Shown here: piece after piece, positions 20,643 through 24,872 of the stretch
Layout of the letters: the number at the start of each line of letters is the position of its first letter
How positions within the stretch are numbered: position 1 is the stretch's first letter
Assembly: GCF_006345805.1 (NCBI RefSeq)
Contig: NW_021836530.1
Span: 1-24,872 of the forward strand
Source of the DNA: Octopus sinensis
Taxonomy: Eukaryota
Direction: 5' to 3'
Length of the DNA: 24,872 nucleotides
Notes under the pieces: model-generated
Database searches by the model: none
What the model saw: only the letters and a program-made list of their open reading frames with translations
What the model was told of the DNA's origin: nothing
Made by a program: the position numbers and the translations under genes

Positions 20643-22509
20643 GTGCTAAATAAGGCCCTTTGGCATGCTCACAACAAGGCTGGCCTCACCAGAGAAGAGA
20701 TAGATATCATTTTAGTTGCCAGGAAATCGTTTATTAAGTTTGATAATAAGTTGTGGATCCGTAAGATACTCCCAATGAATTTGATGTGCCTATGGGTAGT
20801 TCGGATAGTGCGCAGATAGCCGATTTGGTCGGAAATATATTCTCTTACGAATTGTCCGACCAATTCCCGGAGATCGCGGGCGGCCTGTATCGTGACGATT
20901 CTTTTTATTCCCTGCAAAACACCACGAACAGAATAGTGCAGAAAACTAAGAGCAGTTAGCTAGGTTTTTTTTAATAGAATGGGCATGAGTATAGTTTTTG
21001 ATAATGAACCACCAAGGCTAATTTCCTAGACGTTACACTTAACCTAATAGCGACTTATACTTACGCCCTTACCATAAGCCTTCCACTAATTTGAAGTATG
21101 TCAGTGTCTTCTTCAAATCATGCCAAACCCGTAACAGACAATTTGGTTAAAAAACATCTCTCTAAGATTGTCTGGCTTGTCCGCCAGTGCCGATATTTTA
21201 TGCAGAAAGCGGATTTTGTAACGCCGCACTATCCAAGGCCGTTTATAGGCAGAGGTAATTTATATTGATCCGGCCCTTCCGATGCCATCATTCGTTCATC
21301 GGATAGGCCTCTAAATAACATAAACAATTTAAGTAAGGACGGGAGCGCGGCGGATGCCGGGGCAGTCGCTCCCCGCATTTAACTTAGTGAACAAGGATAA
21401 TTATCGGGCCGGGAGATCTTACACTAACCAAAGACCCGTTATTCATCCGAGAATCACCCACCCGAATGCGAGAGCTGGCGTCCCGACCCATCACACAGAT
21501 AGGAATAAGCATATATGGTTTGTAATTCCCTTTGGTAAGCAGATTAGAACTAACCTCCCCTCATGTTTAGACAAGCCATCGCCATAACTTCCCCAAAATT
21601 CCAAATATTACTCCACGGTTAACTCGCATAAAGTTAGGATAGCTTTCTCCAACACTAAAAACCTCGCCCAGATAATCGCCTCCCATATAATAGGCTACTT
21701 ACTAAGACCCTATCACCTTTTTCCGGAGGCACAGCCTCTTCCGCGCCCGGTTTAATGCTCAGTAGGAATAATTATAGTAGTAATAATGATATGAGAGCCA
21801 GTACAGTGACACATAATCTCAGCTCCAGCCAGGGAGTACCCACTAGGGTATAGTTATAAATAGGGGTGTTGTGGTTGACGGTAACAATGGGAGTAGGGTA
21901 GAGAGCCCCAATAGCATCCCCAGCATCATTTCCCGCATTAGCAGCACCACGGGCACTAGCAATGACAGCACTCTGATAGATAGTGGAGAATCAGGTTTAT
22001 TCCTATAGTTAATAGTGACGTAGTGGAAAATAGAGTAGTAAGCGGCTGCAGTTCTCGGAACGAATATAGTGACAGGAACGCAGTTCTAATTTCAGAAACT
22101 AATCCTAGCAGAATAAGATTCACGTCGGCGAACTCCAAGATCAAAACGCCGTCTACCAATGCAAGGTTTACACGGACTCAGATGTCTTCACTTATGTAGG
22201 GGCCTCATCGTCAAGATTGGCTTTGCGAGTCTCCAACCATTACGCAACTTTTCGGGACATGAACAAGCGCCAGACCACGGGACTCAGCAAGCTAATATGG
22301 CGACTGAAGGATACGAACTCAAGCTACAGGCTGGAATGGTCAATTTTGTCGGTGGCCCTCCCATTTGATAGGGGCAGAAGGCAGTGCAACCTTTGTCTCT
22401 CCGAACTCTTCCATATTTTGTTTGCCAGAGGCCGGATGGTAAACGGACTTTTACAGTCCGCTTTTCGATGCCCCATTGGCGGCGTTACACTTATTGGCTT
22501 TTAAATTAG
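20643..22509 (+). pseudogene. Frameshifted Penelope-like RT + GIY-YIG endonuclease ORF (5'-truncated)
   Basis: FDVPMGSSDSAQIADLVG (20780-20833), GLYRDD (YRDD 20888-20899), NFLDVTLNL (21020), SNH..ISLRLS, IWF..PF (21516), NAVYQCKV...TYVG (22151-22201), R..NH, LSKLIW.LKD, CNLCLSE (22385). Confidence 0.92.
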
Positions 22510-23102
22510 CGTTTTTAAATAATACCGGCACCCATAGCCCTTGGTAACAAATTCTGAAATAGCCTTTAAGATATTTACGATTACCACTGCAAGGGGAATT
22601 ACCCCTGTAAGATAAACGGGGCTTGGTTTTTTGACAACGGGGGGTTACCTTGACAAGGCAGGCTCAGACGAACACACACACACATAAAACAAATAATATA
22701 TATTTTTTTCTGCCACCCCACGGTTCTTACTGCAGTGCCATTGTGGAGAGCGGTTTAGCCACTGACAGCCGAGCGATCAAAACACACACACTACACAAAA
22801 AATGTTTTCTACCCCTACGCCAGCACACACATATAAGAACAGTATACACACACATGTCTCTAAGTAATTTTTTCTGCCCCTTATAAAAATCCAATATTCC
22901 TTAAATAGTCCAACTTTATTCTCGGTCACATAGAACATCTACACACCCTCACCACATGATTGACCGCTGCCTGACCCGTTCAAATCTTCAGCACCGGTTC
23001 TCAACATACACTGATAACAGTTTTGGCATGGCTCTTAGGAGCCTAGTTCGATTTGCTTTGCTCCGCCTCTGTTCTGTTTTTTTTTTTTTCCAACGGATTT
23101 CC

Positions 23103-23193
23103 TATTTTTCCTGAAGAGAAGACACAATATGGTCTCATTATTCAATCGGATTTTGGTAAATTGTGCCTTTCGAAACACGTGTAGAATGAAATA
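23103..23193 (+). ncRNA. Type I hammerhead ribozyme in the 3' pseudo-LTR
   Basis: CTGAAGA 23111-17, stem II 23118-28/23160-71, GAAA 23172-75, C-ACGT-GTA, predicted cut after 23183, stem I 23103-10/23184-93. One nt shorter than the left copy in both stem I and stem II. Confidence 0.8.
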
Positions 23194-23417
23194 AAACGAT
23201 TTCTGTTCAATCTTCGTTCAGCTCCATTTCTTCAATTCACCAATAATATTTTAATTTCAATTATCCGCACCAACGCACGGTTGCAACACCATATGGTTGT
23301 ACCTCCAACCGTGCTGTTTTCTTTCTGCTGTGATTTTTGCTGCTACCAAGGTATCGGTTAAACTTTTGATTAATCTGCTACAAGATTATTCATCTTTCTA
23401 TTTCATTCTATTTCACA

Positions 23418-23460
<43 letters not shown>

Positions 23461-23559
23461 GGCGCGACTGTTTTATGCGCCTGGTGAATGCTACTAGTCG
23501 GTTGATGACGTTTCTACTACGCGTCGAACACAGAGCTCTGGACAAGTGGCGTGTACAAT

Positions 23560-23700
23560 CAGAATGGATTTCGGTTCGACTTGTTTATCATTCGCGGGCC
23601 ACCTTGGGAAAGCATCTTGTATCAGATTAATCGAAGCTACCAAGAAGCCAATGCTTTGTCAGTGAATTTGGTAGATCGAAACCCGTCGTATATGTATGTA
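23560..23700 (+). mobile_element. Diverged SINE family A followed by (GTAT)n (23690-23775)
   Basis: gccaccttgggaaagcatcttg...ccaatgctttgtcagtgaatttggtagatcgaaacccgtcgtatatg matches the family A core and tail. Confidence 0.65.
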
Positions 23701-23809
23701 TGTATGTGTGTATGTATGTATGTATGTATGTATGTATGTATGTATGTATGTATGTATGTATGTATGTATGTATGTGGATGGATGTTTGTGGATGTATGTA
23801 TATATGTGC

Positions 23810-23845
<36 letters not shown>

Positions 23846-23979
23846 TGGGGGGAGTGACACATGTTTTATTCCAAATTTAACAGAGAACTAATCAGGAAAT
23901 ATGAAAATAAAAAGTTTATTAATAAATTAACGCGAATATAACCGTGTGTTTAACATCACACACTCGCGGCACGTACTCA

Positions 23980-24033
<54 letters not shown>

Positions 24034-24068
24034 GTCACACGTGTACACACATTCTCCCCATCCTCTCT

Positions 24069-24100
<32 letters not shown>

Positions 24101-24110
24101 TACACAAACA
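23980..24110. repeat. (CT)n/(CA)n microsatellite
   Basis: Directly visible. Confidence 0.93.
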
Positions 24111-24872
24111 CTCGCACATACTCTAGATATGCGCACAAACGTATGACATTTTGCGTACTTTTAAATATTCTATTTAAATAGCTTTAAAAATGTTTGACAA
24201 ATACACTGACCTCTGATGGTCAGTTTTAAACTATTTCTTAATGCTAGCCGGTAGCCAACACTAGCCAACCATGTGACACAGGCTATTTTGTTTATGAACC
24301 ATTAACTAACACCCGATTACTGTACATTCTTTAATGTTATGTAAAATTTTACCGATTTCAGCGAGATAAACATCTCAGTTTTGTGCCCTCCCCAATTCCC
24401 GCCTCATCCGTGTATTAATCTATCAGAAATCAGTATTTACTGTCAAATGTGATGTATGTCTTCATTTCGAAACACGAAATAAACTTTATAGTTTTGGGAG
24501 GGTCATTATGCCAATAATAACAACACACGCACTGTTTTAATATCACTTCTTTATTGTTAGTCAATCGGTTGAATATCTAATTGACTAACCACTCCATCGT
24601 TTCTTTAAAGTGCTGGTCAAACAATCAATCAAATGTTTGTTGGTTAAATTGATTTTCATCGCCGTTCGCGACCTTTTGGATTGGTTGTTTAACCAACGCA
24701 TTCAACAATAGATTGGTTAGATATTCAACCAATTGACTTGTGAAAAAGAAATGGAATTGAACCTGTGCATCTATTATCATTTTCATTTTTGGCCTAACGA
24801 CTCTCCCGAAATTTGTTTGAAAACACGAATTCAATTCACGAATTTGGGAATACGAAAATGGGAAATAACTCT

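Larger units (their letters stand above)
20407..23420 (+). mobile_element. Penelope-like retroelement, 5'-truncated, with an inverted copy of its 3' pseudo-LTR at the 5' end; right boundary approximate
   Basis: Inverted repeats 20407-20642 and 23017-23250 (about 6 differences), RT/thumb/GIY-YIG remnants between them, hammerheads in the repeats, (TA)n on both flanks. Confidence 0.92.

Overview
Eukaryotic, AT-rich, microsatellite-dense DNA. The SINE families and repeat landscape look like a coleoid cephalopod, most likely Octopus (inferred from recalled repeat sequences, not a search). Most ORF-track entries are microsatellite translations and are not genes. Supported content: (1) two + strand coding exons (10529-10688, 11195-11340) that splice in frame into an unrecognised protein C-terminus (coiled-coil-like segment, acidic W-rich motif, ends DIEIQV*). 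(2) An internally deleted mariner in a TA site (1926-3061, -). (3) A 5'-truncated Penelope-like retroelement (YRDD RT then GIY-YIG) with 236-bp inverted terminal repeats, each carrying a type I hammerhead ribozyme. (4) A separate solo hammerhead at 20040-20105 and a degenerate one at 18337-18372. (5) Two 3' stubs of restriction-like-endonuclease LINEs abutting microsatellites. (6) Many tRNA-derived SINEs, including a head-to-tail trimer and a minisatellite made from a SINE core. (7) A ~33-unit 44-bp dyad-symmetric array, a 266-bp foldback, a probable non-autonomous Helitron and an 884-bp tandem duplication that may be an assembly artefact. No prokaryote-type system (CRISPR, operon) is present. 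All alignments, folds and translations were done by eye.
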